NCBI GenBank assembly: GCA_951406725.2
Contig: OX597815.1
Coordinates: forward strand, 110,174,001 to 110,238,000
DNA from: Octopus vulgaris
Taxonomy: Eukaryota
Length of the DNA: 64,000 nucleotides
Reading direction: 5' to 3'
In this document: in pieces, positions 40,845 through 55,428 of the stretch
Position numbering within the stretch: the stretch's first letter is position 1
Layout of the letters: every line of letters begins with the position of its first letter
The notes under the pieces: model-generated
Told to the model about the DNA's origin: nothing
The model's database searches: none
What the model saw: the letters and a program-made list of their open reading frames with translations, nothing else
Translations under genes and position numbers: made by a program

Positions 40845-43803
40845 GTTAGTTAGTTAGTTAATTTGGCTCAAAAGCAAATAGCAAGGCCATGTAGGGGGAC
40901 ATGGAGTTAAGTACAGGGTGGTGTTCATGTAAAGAGTTCAGGCCACTTGAGGTCCAGGGAGGCTTTGAACAAAGCGGTCGTCGGCATCTTCACCATCTCG
41001 TTTGGCAGCTTGTTCCACGGATCCGCAACCCGGATGGAGAAAGCTCCTCTCCTTCGATTGAGATGAAATCGTGGCAGGTAGAGCTTTTCGGAATGACCCC
41101 GCAGCTGACGCTCTGGAGCAAGAGTGAAGAAGAGCTCTTTCGAGAGGTTACACTTTCCGCTTATAATGTTGTGGGCGAGAATGAGATCACCACGGCGGCG
41201 GCGTTTTTCAAGAGAATAAAGGTCGAGCGTCCTCAGCCTTTCTTCGTAGGACAAATTTTTGAGACCATGAACCATGCGGTTAGCCAGCTTCTGGACTCTT
41301 TCGAGATGCTGTATGTCTTTGAGGAGATAAGGAGAAGAGGCTTGAATCCCATACTCCAATATGGGTCTCACCAGCGTGACATAGAGTGGTAGGAATATGG
41401 CTGCTGTGAGCATTCCGAATGACCGTCGAATCAAGAACAGAATTCCGCGTGCTTTGTTGGCAGCATGGACGCACTGGGCCGAAGGCGAAAAGGAGGAATC
41501 CACCAAGATACCCAGGTCCTTTACCTGATCGGTCCTCTCCAGCAGCAGACGACCCGGCTCGAAATCAAGTTGAGTTGCAGGAGGAGAGCCGACAGGCAGA
41601 TGACAGCACTTTGACACGTTCAGACACAGGTCCCAATCGTTAGACCACTTCCAAATTTGGTGGAGGCATCGACGAAGATCCTCTATATTACCGCGAAGAG
41701 CGACCAGTTTGATATCGTCGGCAAATAGAAGGGTGCGTTGCGTGAGGTCGTCGGGCAAGTCATTTATGAAGACTAAGAACAACAAGGGCCCAAGCACTGA
41801 ACCTTGAGGCACGCCACTGCTCGCACTGGAGACGTCGGACCGCGAACCATTAACTTGGACTTGGAAGGAGCGATCTGAGAGGAAGGCACCAACCCATCGT
41901 ATAATATCCGGATGGAAACTATATGCTTGAAGCTTGACAAGTAATAGGCGGTGGTTTACCGAGTCAAAAGCTTTGGCAAAGTCCAATAAAACGATGTCAA
42001 CAGCATCACTATCATCGAGGATGCGCGTCACCAATTCTTCCATTACTAGTAAGTTGGTCAAGCATGATCTCTTCGGCACGAAGCCGTGTTGGGAATCAGA
42101 GATAGAGGCTGTGTTTAGGAGGTGGAGCATCATACTTTTCTTAAGGATGGTTTCGAACATCTTGCTGATTATTGATGTAAGGGAAACCGGTCGGTAGTTA
42201 AGCGGGTCTTCGCGGCTCCCTTTCTTGAAAATTGGGCAGATTATCGCTGTTCTCCAGTCTGCAGGTATAACACCCGTCGCCAATGACATATTGAATAGTC
42301 GTGTTAAGGGCTCGCAGATGACCGGAGCCAACGCTTTGATAACCCGTGGGTGTATGCCGTCAGGGCCGTGACCCTTGTTGACATCGAGGCCTTGAATAAC
42401 ACGTTTGACTTCGTCCCGCGTGATGACCAATCGAAGCATTGGAGGTACCGATCTATCAAATGGAGGGGGTTCACGACCATCATCTTGTTTGAAAATAGTT
42501 GAAAAAGCCTCGGCAAATAATTGACTCTGTTGATAAGGGTCCTCAATCGATACGCCTGTTGAGTTTACCAACGTTGCAATCTGGTTGTTCAAGCGGGAAT
42601 TCCGCTGGACATGGGCAAAGAAGGTTTTTGGATTGCTACTGGCATTTGCCGCGATTTTGTATTCATAACTGAAGCGTTCTTTCTTTTCAATTTTCACGGC
42701 TCGGTCTCGTTGAGTTTTGTACACCTCAAAAGCTGCAGTCGAATCCAGATTTTTGAATTCAGCCCAAGCAATATCTCTGAGTCGACGTTCTCGTTTAACC
42801 TTCTTCGTCACCCAGGGCTTGTGTTTCTTCTTCTTGGGGAGCCCAACGGGAACTGCCTGGTCAATCAAACAGATTACATATGCTTTGAGGGAAGACCATA
42901 GTTCGTCAACAGAGGACAACGTCATCAGGGATCGCCAGTCCAGAAGCGCGGAAGCCTCGGTTAGAATTTCAAGATTAATTGCAGAGAAGACTCTACGTGG
43001 CAGCGAAGTAGTTGTGGGCGTAGAAAAAGTTGTGTGCATGACGAACTTCAGGACCGCATGATCACTCTTGGCAAGAGGGGCGCACACAGATACGTCTGAC
43101 ACTGATCTTGGATAGCGGGAGAATACCAGATCTAGCATAGATGGTTGCTGCCCAGACCGATGCCTTGTCGGATAGTCAACATGTTGCGATAGAAAACAAT
43201 CTTCAGCCACGTCAAGAAGGGCCTGGCCGAAACGGGAAGATGTTGTACAAATTGATGCGGGCCAATCGATCGTGGGAGCGTTGAAGTCTCCCAGTACCAA
43301 ACAGTCATGCGAAGCTGAAACGAATCTTATCGCTTCGAGTAAATGAGTATCGTCCTGGGGGTCGGCAAGAGGCGGCCTGTAGACAGCCAACGCGGGCAGG
43401 CAAAACTCAGATAGGCTCAGCTTGCAATAGACGGCATCGAATTTTGTTGTAGGTTGAGCATTAGTGGGTAGAATACCGCTGGACGGTTTGTGCTCAGACT
43501 TAACATACACAGCAACACCTCCACCTCGCCTTTTTCCTCTGTCACATCTGAAAAGGACGTAGCCCTGCAGGTGGATTTCTGAGTTCTTTACTGCTGGAGT
43601 CAGCCAAGTCTCGGTGATAGCTATCACATCAGGGGAGTCACGTATGGCCAGTGTAAATAGTTCACTGAACTTTTGGAATAAGGAGCACGAGTTGGTGTAG
43701 ACGATGCTGAGCTGTGAAGTCTGAGGGGCGGGAGTTGGGGAACAAGCAGAATAAGGGGTATCAGAGATAGCGTCGTTGACGGGGGTATCAACTTCACTTC
43801 GAT
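40845..43803 (-). mobile_element. CR1-group LINE, 5' truncated, with (TAAC)n tail
   Basis: Visibly GC-richer block, 64-bp 3' UTR, (TAAC)4 tail at 40845-60, TATGTATGTAT on both flanks. Confidence 0.92.
40925..43803 (-). CDS. LINE ORF2: AP-endonuclease plus reverse transcriptase, uninterrupted frame
   Basis: APE motifs ITETWL, YRPP, GDFN, LDLV, SDH; RT motifs NYRPVSL, QHGF, DFAKAFDSV, GVPQGSVLGPLLF, FADD, DLG; CR1-like C-terminus YEERL..RRRGDLI..LRGH..WNKLP. No in-frame ATG upstream of the APE domain. Confidence 0.9.
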
Positions 43804-44184
43804 TATGTATGTATACACACACACATATTTATGCATGTATACATTTTGTACATATGTATACATATATGTGTAAATATATAACGTATACATACAAACATGT
43901 GTGTATGCATGCGTGTGTGTTTGTGTGTAATTTTACATTTGGTGATATAAGATGGTAGGCACACACATTTAGTGTTCGGACTGGGTTATTGCCTAATCTC
44001 CAACTTGAACTGCAATTAAAAATACAGGGACGTAACAGCTGCTTTATAAAAATTGGCTAAATGCAGTGTTTCAATCGCGCTGGTATATATATATATTACA
44101 GAATAAAAGAATAAACAGATAACTTTATCAGGTCTGATTATGACATTTATTTATACATTGACAAAACTTGAGGGTAGAAATGAA

Positions 44185-44450
44185 TGTTACAGGAATGTAG
44201 ATACCTAGACATCAACAAAAGAGCTGTTGAGGAATGTTCGTCCTCAACAGATGATTCTTCCTCAATAATGATTGCTTTATATCCTGGTATTCACAAGGAA
44301 TAGTTATAGGTAGATACATATTATAGGTAGAATTTAAAGCTGCGTGTGAAAAAGGAAGGTGTGCAATTCGACCGTTACAGCTGTTTCAAGAACAGATGCA
44401 CAGACAGTGCAAGCTCCTTCAAGCAGTCTGCACCCACCTACAATGCTGAA
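44185..44450 (+). mobile_element. Possible degraded Academ (XPG plus Cys-finger) C-terminal remnant
   Basis: ECRYLDINKRAVEECSSSTD...ALYPGI, then frameshifted SC..KRKVCNS/RYSCFKN.CTD/QCK. Resembles the R..F..PPT..RAxYQ plus Cys8 pattern. Confidence 0.3.
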
Positions 44451-45454
44451 AACGAATTTACTGGACACCAGAAAAATTTGAAAGTATGGCAATACACTAA
44501 TGTGTAATATTTTCGATTTATACCAGTATTTATACTTGTATTTATTGGAGGCCTTTTTTACGTAACTAACTGTTTGAGCATCAGTCTTGCGTAACTGGGT
44601 ACCACGAAAATGAAAAGGAATGACATTTTTTAAATAATTTATCATTTCAATATATTAATGGAACTTAGAACCTGTAAAAGTATATAAAATATACAAGAGG
44701 TTGGGAGTAGTTAGTACTTACACATGCACACTTAAACACATTCATATAGATGCCTATGTTCTCACAGACTACAAGTGTATAAGTAGTTGGGTCCAAACAC
44801 TAAGTGGCATTAATAACAGATAATGATCTCCATCTTTCGAAGTTGACTGTATGAGCAGATATGGACAAGGTAGGAAGACTAATAGTTGCCAGGTCATGAA
44901 AGTATCCCCTTCCACACTACCAATGCTTATCCAATTTAAAGGTTGCTGACCTTAGCCCGTGCGGCTAGGAAGCGACACTTTCGTAGGCGTTGTTGTCAGA
45001 ATGCAAAGATCACAAGCAGATACTGCAAGTCATGTGACACTAACCTTTAAGAGGTCCGCTAATCCACCACGCTAAATAAGTATTATTTTTCATTTTGTAT
45101 CGATCCCGAAAAACTGATACTTAAATTTGTCATTGGATGAATATGAACTCAGAGAGCAGAAACTCCGGTCAAATATCACGGTAGCGCGAAATGTTGTATC
45201 CAACCTCTAACATCGCTGTAAATCAGCTATGTTCCGATACATTCTTACATAGACACACATCTATGCAGGCATCTATGCATAGACACATATTTATCCTGCC
45301 TCCTTCACTTCCTTTCTCTCTCTCTTCATCCCTCCATCCATCACTCTATCCACATACCATCCATTTATTTATCCTTGTTTCCATCCATCCATCCATCCAT
45401 CCATCTATACATATATATATACACACACACACACATATATATATATATACACGC

Positions 45455-45501
<47 letters not shown>

Positions 45502-45519
45502 AGTATGTGTGTGTGTGTG

Positions 45520-45720
45520 TGTTTGTTCCCCTCAACATCGCTTGACTACTGATACTGATGTGTTTACGTTCCCGTAACTTAGCAGTCCGGCAAGAGAGAC
45601 CGATATAATAAGTACTAGGCTTACAAATAATAAGTCCTGGGGGTCAATTTGTTCGACTAAAGGCAGTGCTCCAGCATGGCTGCATTCAAAAGACTGAAAC
45701 AAGTAAAGAATAAAAGAAAG
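45520..45720 (+). mobile_element. SINE family B, 3' half
   Basis: Matches 31675-31866. Confidence 0.85.
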
Positions 45721-46217
45721 AATACATATATACATTTCAAGCTCAAGTCTAAGCAGAACAGTCGAGGCATTGAAGTTGACCAGTATATGTGACCCACAAT
45801 AAAAGCAATAAAATCAGCCCCGGAAGTGTTAAAATTCCAAAGATGAAGAATTCTCAGTACACTGACACCAGCGGGTGGTGGTGGTATAGGAAATATATTT
45901 CCACAAATATCCTCGTAAAATCTTTGTGTCCCAAAATCATTCCGAAATCTTTATCAATGTTGTCTTGCTATTGTCCTTTCATCTGTTTTGTGAGTATAAG
46001 TACGTGTGTGTGTGTTGTCGTTGTCGTCGTCGTCTTCTTCTTCTTCTTCTCCTCCTCCTTCTCCTCCTCCTCCTCCTCCTTCTTCGTCTTCTTCTTCTTC
46101 TTCTTCTTCGTCTTCTTCTTCTTCTTCTTCTTCTTCTTCTTCTTCTCCTCCTCCTCCTCCTCCGTCTTCTTCTTCTTCTTCTTCTTCTTCTTCTTCTTCT
46201 TCTTCTTCTTCTTCTTC

Positions 46218-46537
46218 CAATCAGGACTCACGCCATTAACCACAAAGAATGATTTCTAATTCGAGCCTACTCTAAGCTACTAAGAATGCGTGCGGCAACT
46301 TGAAGGTCCATCCACCACACGCGGTTGCACGGGTGTGAAAGCTACGTTGTTATCCTCATTCCGTAAACGGTGGTTTTTAACGAGTGGAAAGCTGAATCAT
46401 CCTGGGGTACAGAGGGTTCGCAATCTAGACTAGGGCCTGAAAGTTTACCACGCCATAGCGGAAGTAGGAAGAAAGAGTGAGAGAAAGTTGTGGTGAAAGA
46501 GTACAGCGGGGTTCACTCCCACTCCTCGCGCCTCCAC
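46218..46537 (-). mobile_element. SINE family A with head deletion, tail type 3 ending in (GAA)n
   Basis: Minus strand TGGAGGCGCG...GAACCCCGCTGTACTCTTTCACCACAACTTTCTCTCACTCTTTCTTCCT followed by a distinct tail. Confidence 0.7.
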
Positions 46538-46962
46538 TGTTGCTCTTGTTGCTGTTTCTTGTGTTTTATTCCAGATCAATCCAGGACAAGTGGTCTTATA
46601 TTTAAAATAAGGATCTATCCATATCCATCATTATTTGATGGTTATTGTATCATGGAATACATACACGCGTTTTCCTTATCTTTTTTCCTTCGAAAATAGT
46701 AATGTGTAATCTGAGCGAGATTTAGCTGCTATTTCTAGTTAGTTATGTAAGTATAGAATTATGTGTAAATGTGTTTCTTTCTACACGTGCGATTTGCATG
46801 TTTATGTTTGTATGGGAGTTTTGGTTAACATATATTAGTGTCTGTGTTTGCTATTTGTATGCGCTTGTTTACACGTTTGTGTATTTATGCTGCCGTATGT
46901 GTGTGTGTGTGGGGGGGAGGGTTCGTGTATATTTGTACTTTTGGGTATGCCTCTCTCTCTCA

Positions 46963-46995
<33 letters not shown>

Positions 46996-47319
46996 CACAC
47001 ATATATACACACACATCTACATACACACCTATATGTGCGTTTGTGCCACACCATACACATACCATACCACACACCACCACATCACATCACATCACACAAC
47101 CACGCACACACTAGCACTGACCACTTCCCAGCCCCACACCATCATCCACACACTTACACATACACACACCTGCACATACACACATGCACACGTCAAGGCC
47201 ACCAGCCCTCTTCCACACGCACATAATGCTCTCTTATACACATGCACGCGCACCTTCGTTTTGGGTTCACCACTAATATATTATTTCCCCTTCTTCCTAG
47301 TTCTCCTCTGTGACCCATG

Positions 47320-48590
<1,271 letters not shown>

Positions 48591-49857
48591 ACATGCATCT
48601 ATCTACCTATCTATCTATATATATATATATGAATTTTGTACGACTCTCTTATTCTTTCATTCTTTCATTCTCTCAGCCCCTTCACACATCGTTCTTTCCA
48701 CTCTTCTTTCTTTCGTTCCCCGCTCTCTCAAATTCCCTAACTTTCTCTTCATTCTCACCTTCTCTCCTTTTTCACTTCACTCTCTCCCTTTTCTTTCGTC
48801 CCTCCCTAATTTCGTCCCTCTGCCTCTACTTACCGGTTCTTTCTTGGTTCGACTACCATCCACGCAAAATCTATATTCCACCCCATGCCTGTCATCTCAT
48901 ATTTCCCTGCTGTAAGATTTCACTTTCACACACGCCATCTTAATTTAATTCGTCCTTAGTCGAAAAACACCTGTTGTTATGTCCTGTTATTTGCATTTGT
49001 ATTTGTGTACCATTTCTCCGTTTTTTTTCAGTCCTTGTTTTCGTATACATTCGCTGCTTTCTTCCAAGTAATGGCATTTTTTCACCTTTTACCGTAAGAG
49101 AGAATTTTTCTCCTCAGTAACTTCAGTGAATTTGCCTTTGGAAGTTGAGATATATTATAAACATATTTCAACTAACTTAAGTTCGCTTATGCCTAAATAC
49201 TACATGGAGCAGGTACTGCTCGATTTCTCCCAACTTAGTGGTCCAATAGCATAACGCAGTCAATGTTGTTGACTGTGTTTTATTTAAAGCTATGGCTTTA
49301 AATCTGCTCAGAATTACTTCTCTTCGGGATTTCCCAACGATAGAAGACAACACTTGGAAGATGCGGTGTTTTTACACCTTTTACTATAAGACAGAATTTC
49401 TTCTCCAAGGTAAGTACAGTCACAAACATATTTCAACCAACATTAAGTTTTCACATATATGTGTGTATGTGTGTGTAAATGTGTGTGTGTGTGTGCGCGT
49501 GTGTAAGTGTGTGTGTGTGTGTATGTATGCATGTGTGTGTGTGTGTGTGTGTGAGTGTCTGTGTTTAGATAGACACACACAAAGTTTTAAAAAAACCTAT
49601 AAATCTTCTAACTGTGAAAATTGAAAGCATGGCAGCAACACGAAATAATAAATGCACAAGGAAAGAAAGAAATGGATCCCAATTAAATGATCAGTGATGA
49701 TAGCAAGGTAAAATTCAAAATATTGCGACTGGAATATCTAATAATCTGAGAGCAGTGTAGCATGGTCATTTCAGTGTACTTAAGTGACCTGGCATTTACA
49801 GAATGTGGGAATGATAGTGAAGTATAGAAGGAGAAAATGGTAAAAGTGTGCAGCTAC

Positions 49858-49917
<60 letters not shown>

Positions 49918-50829
49918 GGTGGTTAGAAAAAGCGACTAATAGAGAGATTTGAACATAAAGGGAAGTTGAAAGTTAAAGAAGTAAAAGTTTAAAGCTAGGC
50001 AGAGAAACTAGTACAAAGAGGAATAGGGCAATAGTTTGCTTGAAGGAAAAAGAAGAGAGCGGGGAAATAAATAGTCAGGGTAATGGATAGAGATAGGTAG
50101 GGACAGAGAAAAGGAAGCGAGAGAAATATTGATACAGAGATAAACAGGTGTGAAAAGGGACCTGACGTTGAAAAAGTGTAAGTGGGAAGTATGGGTTTAA
50201 ATTTATTTATACAGGGAGGAAAGAAAGAGGGATGGTAGGGTGGCAAACTATTCTTGCCAATCATTCATATTTTGCCTACACATTCGTCCTACGACGCCTT
50301 CCAGTTCCAGTGGCATTAATTTCGTTCTTTTCCACTTGAATTATTGTTTCTCGTTGTTTCTAATTTTCCCCTCTATATTCCTATTCTGAGTCCTTCACTT
50401 TGTCCTTTTCCCAGTTTTTTCTGTATCTTCTTTGCCTTACTCAATTCGATTCTCATTCTCGTACCTTATGATCAGTGTTCATATTGTCCTGTGTAACAAT
50501 CAAAGCCTTTTCGGTCGTTAGAGAATACATTAAATAATTTAGTTGGCAACACCAACCTCCAGGATATACTGTTATACACCTTTTACAAAGGCTCACGATT
50601 GACTTATATATATGTAGGTGTATATATATTTATATATATAAATAGATAGATAGATAGATAGATATAGATATGCATGTGTGTCTATATATACATAAATATA
50701 TACATAAATATATACATAAATATATATATATATATATATACATATATACATATATCTATATGTAAGTAACACACACATACATATTCATATGTAAAAGTAT
50801 GTATGTGCGTCTGTATGTGTGTGTGTGTG

Positions 50830-50874
<45 letters not shown>

Positions 50875-50877
<3 letters not shown>

Positions 50878-51191
50878 ATTTACAAGATAAGGGCAGAAGA
50901 AAAATTCTAATGCCAGATACGCCGAAAACAAAAAATTGTCGATAACCATTAAATTTATGTGTCTCGAAACAAACCGATAGAAATTTCTAAAAAATTCGTT
51001 ATTACCGTATTGGTCCAATTTCGGGGTTAATTCACAAAAAATTTTCCTCTCTTCACGCGAGATATAAATGAAATACTTCTGCCCTTATCTTGTAAATTAT
51101 GTACAAATTTTACCTTTAAAGGCATTTTTTGATATGCTGGCCATTGATAAAAATTTTTTCCCGAAAGAAAAAATTTTCTTTATCCTATATC

Positions 51192-51196
<5 letters not shown>
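50875..51196 (-). mobile_element. Short element between (TA)n arrays with a perfect 25-bp inverted repeat and a decayed hammerhead
   Basis: ATAATTTACAAGATAAGGGCAGAAG (50875-99) is mirrored at 51076-51100. Minus strand 51004-51058 reads GTGAAGA-gagg...cccc-GAAA-ttgg-a-ccaa-TA. Confidence 0.6.
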
Positions 51197-51257
<61 letters not shown>

Positions 51258-51259
<2 letters not shown>

Positions 51260-51410
51260 CTTTTACTTGTTTCAGTCATTTGACTGCGGCCATGCTGGAA
51301 CACCGTCTTTAGTCGAAAAAATCGACGCCTGGACTTATTCTTTGTAAGTCTAGTACTTATTCTGTCGGTCACTTTTGCCGAACCGCTAATTTACGGGGAC
51401 GTAAACACAA
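51258..51410 (-). mobile_element. SINE family B, 3' half
   Basis: Matches 3863-4015. Confidence 0.85.
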
Positions 51411-51483
51411 GGGATGGTGGGGGAAAACCCAAACACACAAATACTTACATACATACATATACATATATAGCTATATATATTTC

Positions 51484-51560
<77 letters not shown>

Positions 51561-51583
51561 ATATCTATCTATCTATCTATCTA

Positions 51584-53040
51584 GGGTGGTCACTCTCACC
51601 CGGTAATGGGCCGAGAGGAAACTCCCTAAAAGGTCGGGCGGAGGTGGCGAACACGTACATCGCGTCCATCATCTACTACCGCCTGACCGTCGTACCTTGT
51701 CCCGACCCTAAAATCACCAAACTAGAACGCATTCTCTTCCGCTTCTTGTGGAAAGGATGCGTCCCGATGGTCAGGCGATCCATTTGCTGTCAACACACGT
51801 TAAAAGGAGGGCTGGCCATGCCATGGTTGATGATGCGCAGACACGCGCTGAGACTGCGACATCTCCGGCTGTATGTAGACGACGGTGAACAGGTGTGGTC
51901 GCCGTTTGTGAGGCACGCTTTCCCGCAGCTCGTCTCCATGAGAGAACTGCAGTCGTGGATCAAAAAGAGGCTGAGGAAGAGCGAATGGCACCGCGAGTGT
52001 CGCGTTGCTCTCAAGCAATTATGCCGTCCCGGGTCGACCTTGAGTGACTTCAAGACAACCCAAGCATTCTATAGGGGATTAGTGGAGGGGAGGTACGACG
52101 ACGATCTTGCGGCGAATCTGGGCGTCGACGAGGAATACCTGACTCGCCTGTTTGAGACGACTTTCGGGCCGGGACCTATGGACAACTTCCAGAGATCCCT
52201 GGCCTGGCAGTGCAACCGAGAAGCGCTACCCGTTCGGGATAAGCTTTATAGGCATGGCTCGAGTAACACGGGGCCGACCACCCGAGATGCAGTCAGAGCG
52301 ATGAAACTGTTCTGCACGCATTCGTGCAGTTTCCAACAATCTCCGACCTGTGGGCTTATGTCGAACGACTACTGTCACATGTGGGTCGAGTCTATCGTTA
52401 ATATCGTCACGCCTCCTTCCTTCAGACGGGAAGGAAGAGCTAGTTTTATCATACTTGTGGCTATGGCGAAAGAATGTATCTGGTGGACGCGCCTTAAAGG
52501 ATTAGAGACAAACACTTTCCTCTCTGGTCAATTCTCATCAACTTCTTCAAGTATCACTTGAAGAGGAAAGTGAGAGTAGAGAGGTACGTTTTGTCAAGTG
52601 AATGTTTTGAAAGAAGGTGGGTGAATGTAGCAAGGATGGCACGTATGAATGACGAAGCCACCTTGACTATGATCTTATGAACCGTAAAAATTAATACAGA
52701 GAGTTGCTTATTTGTAAAAAAAAATATAACATGTGACTTCATTGACCGAGGTTACCGTGGTCTTTTCCGTAGGCTTTTCTTTCCACGGGTAAACCCCACC
52801 TGTCTTACCCTTTACACTTTATATTGACATTTCTGTGATCGATTTTTGTGATCTTTATTGATCGATTTTTTCTTCTTTTTCCTTTTATTTTTACCCCCCC
52901 CCCTTTTCTTTCCTCTTTCTTTCATTTTACGATCCCTTTTGATTGAAAACCAAACCCCCTTTTTTATCCCCCAAAAGAAAAGCTCTACCTTGTAATTTGT
53001 CCCGTCTGTGTGCAGCCCTGTGTGGCTAATAAAGAAACAT
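51584..53040 (+). mobile_element. 5'-truncated Tx1/L1-clade LINE inside a (TATC)n array
   Basis: WAERKL/LKGRAEVAN, FRFLWKG..VRR..GGL, decayed knuckle PRCSQSDETVLHAF in a shifted frame, stop at 52680, pyrimidine-rich 3' UTR ending AATAAAGAAAC. Confidence 0.85.
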
Positions 53041-53073
53041 ATCTATCTATCTATCTATCTACCTATCTATCTA

Positions 53074-53126
<53 letters not shown>

Positions 53127-53154
53127 CAAAATAAGCAACGAGGATATCCAGAGG

Positions 53155-53513
53155 ATATTTGTTATTTGTCACTGATAAACACAATTCAACAATAGTTTAC
53201 TGATGACACATTAATTTATCAAAATTCAAATATCTGCTCCAGTCACATTGGAACTTCCAACTATAAAGATCTATTAAAATTGGCCAGCATCATTCTGAAA
53301 TTGAGACTACGGTGGCCGAGAAATTTTGAAGCAGCTTTTAGGCATCGTATATAATTCCAAATAAACTGGATATCCTTGTTACTTATTTTGATTTTAATCA
53401 CCTTACTTTGAAATTGTATGGATAATACCATACTAAGTTCTTGTGCCCCGAGTTAAGTACCATATTCATCTAAATCTAAATTTTTGATGAACTCATCTAC
53501 CATACCCAATATA

Positions 53514-53603
<90 letters not shown>

Positions 53604-55428
53604 TGACCAAAAAACATAAAAATAATTTCATTTTTAATTCGCAATTCCAGAATGTGTATACCACCGGCTTTAATCATACTTTCCTTTTAAGTTTTGATTT
53701 CAAATCTCGCTGAGATCAGTAGTGCCATTCATCATTCTGGATTTGATAAAATTAGCCCGAGTTTATTAGTGTGGTTGATATGATCGATTGTTTCCGTTAC
53801 CAAAAGTTTTGGACTTGTGACAATGTAAGAAATCAGTATTATAAAAAGAAAAGTAAGGTATATGAAAAATCTTTCTTTCTACAGATTCATAGCGACATTT
53901 TCCCAATTTAATGGGCAGAAACTTAGAAAATAAACCAAAAAGAACATTTATATCAATGTGAATTTATTATCTTCTGAGATGTTTGCCTATTTTCGTGAAT
54001 CGTGAGAATAATCCCCTTTAAGTTTACATGGTCATCTAGAGAACGCATTACAAACAGATTCATTAGTGCTCTATATATTACGCAATTAAACAGAGTTGCA
54101 TTTTTGACGATTAATCATTATTAAAGAAGGAATACATACAAGCATTTACATATGTTTGTACGCTTTGGTATTAATTCCAATACATCATAAATCAATACGA
54201 TCAAAAAGCAATTATCTGATAAGATTTGAACACTTCTATTTGACTGACGACTTCTTGATAGTTCAGAGTGTTTACGATAAACACACACCTGTATACATAT
54301 ATTACCTTCTGCGACAAAAACAGCTTTCATTATAATGTATATGATATATTTTAGTTATGTTAAAACTGAAACTTATATAAACTTATAAAACATACCATTA
54401 GAAACCAATACCAGATGACGTTATTTTTAAACCTTTTTAAATTCTCTGTCTGAAATAATTCTATAGATGGAAGTTTCATTCAAAATTTCATTTGATATAA
54501 CATTTTAAATGGCAGGTTGTTGCTTCAGAATTTATATAGCCTTGCTATCTATAATTATCTTTATGATGATTTTCAACTAATTATTAAAATAAAATTAAGG
54601 AATGTAGTTTACTAATTTAATGTAAAATATATTTTTTGAAACTTCACCACAATACACTTTTGTTATTTTCCATAAACCCTATATTTATGAATAATTTATG
54701 TGCTTGAATGTAGAGATCGTGTAAGTTTTTTAATATTTGTCATATGAAGACATAAAAATAACTGACAAAGGCAGCAATGAAAATTAATTTAAATAAATTT
54801 CAACTATATATGTATTTTTTATACCTGACAAGAAACTATTTCAATATATATAAAAGCGTATGTAATATATAATAAAAGAAAACAATGCATTTTTACATAA
54901 TTATACTTATACACAATCACACAGATCCTGATTACGTACATTTCAAATATTATAACATATATTAATATCAGCTCTAAAGAAAAATATCGATAGACATAAA
55001 ATTTTATTCATTGTGAATGGACGAATACTAAATCAACAAAAATACTGTGATCTGATCAAGTATTCTTAAAAATCAACAACAATAAAAATGCATAATAAAA
55101 CTTTTGTTATCTATTGCGTATATCTGTGTATATATGAACGTATTTTGTTTTGTGACTGTGTTTTAGTTCCACTATTTTATCAAGGGGTTTATCCTATTGT
55201 CGTATAAATTCTTTCAGTTTGTTTGGAATTATATAAGATGCCTAAAATTTGCTCCAAAATTTCTCGGCCTCCGTAGTCTCAATTTCAGAATGATGCTGGC
55301 CAATTCTAATAGATCTTTATAGTTGGCGGTTCCAATGTGATTGGAGCAGATATTTGAATTTTGATAAATTAATGTGTCATCAGTAAACTATTGTTGAATT
55401 GTGTTTATCAGTGACAGATAACAGATAT
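53155..55428. repeat. Inverted duplication of about 215 bp (53155-53368 versus 55215-55428)
   Basis: Highly similar reverse-complement copies about 1.85 kb apart. Confidence 0.9.

Noticed and set aside
43804-43822. Start of the 965-aa ORF
   Set aside because: It is a GTG in flanking (TG)n sequence outside the LINE, with an in-frame stop shortly upstream. It is not a credible initiation codon.
51644-52561. 305-aa ORF as a host gene
   Set aside because: It is a frameshifted Tx1 ORF2 C-terminal fragment.
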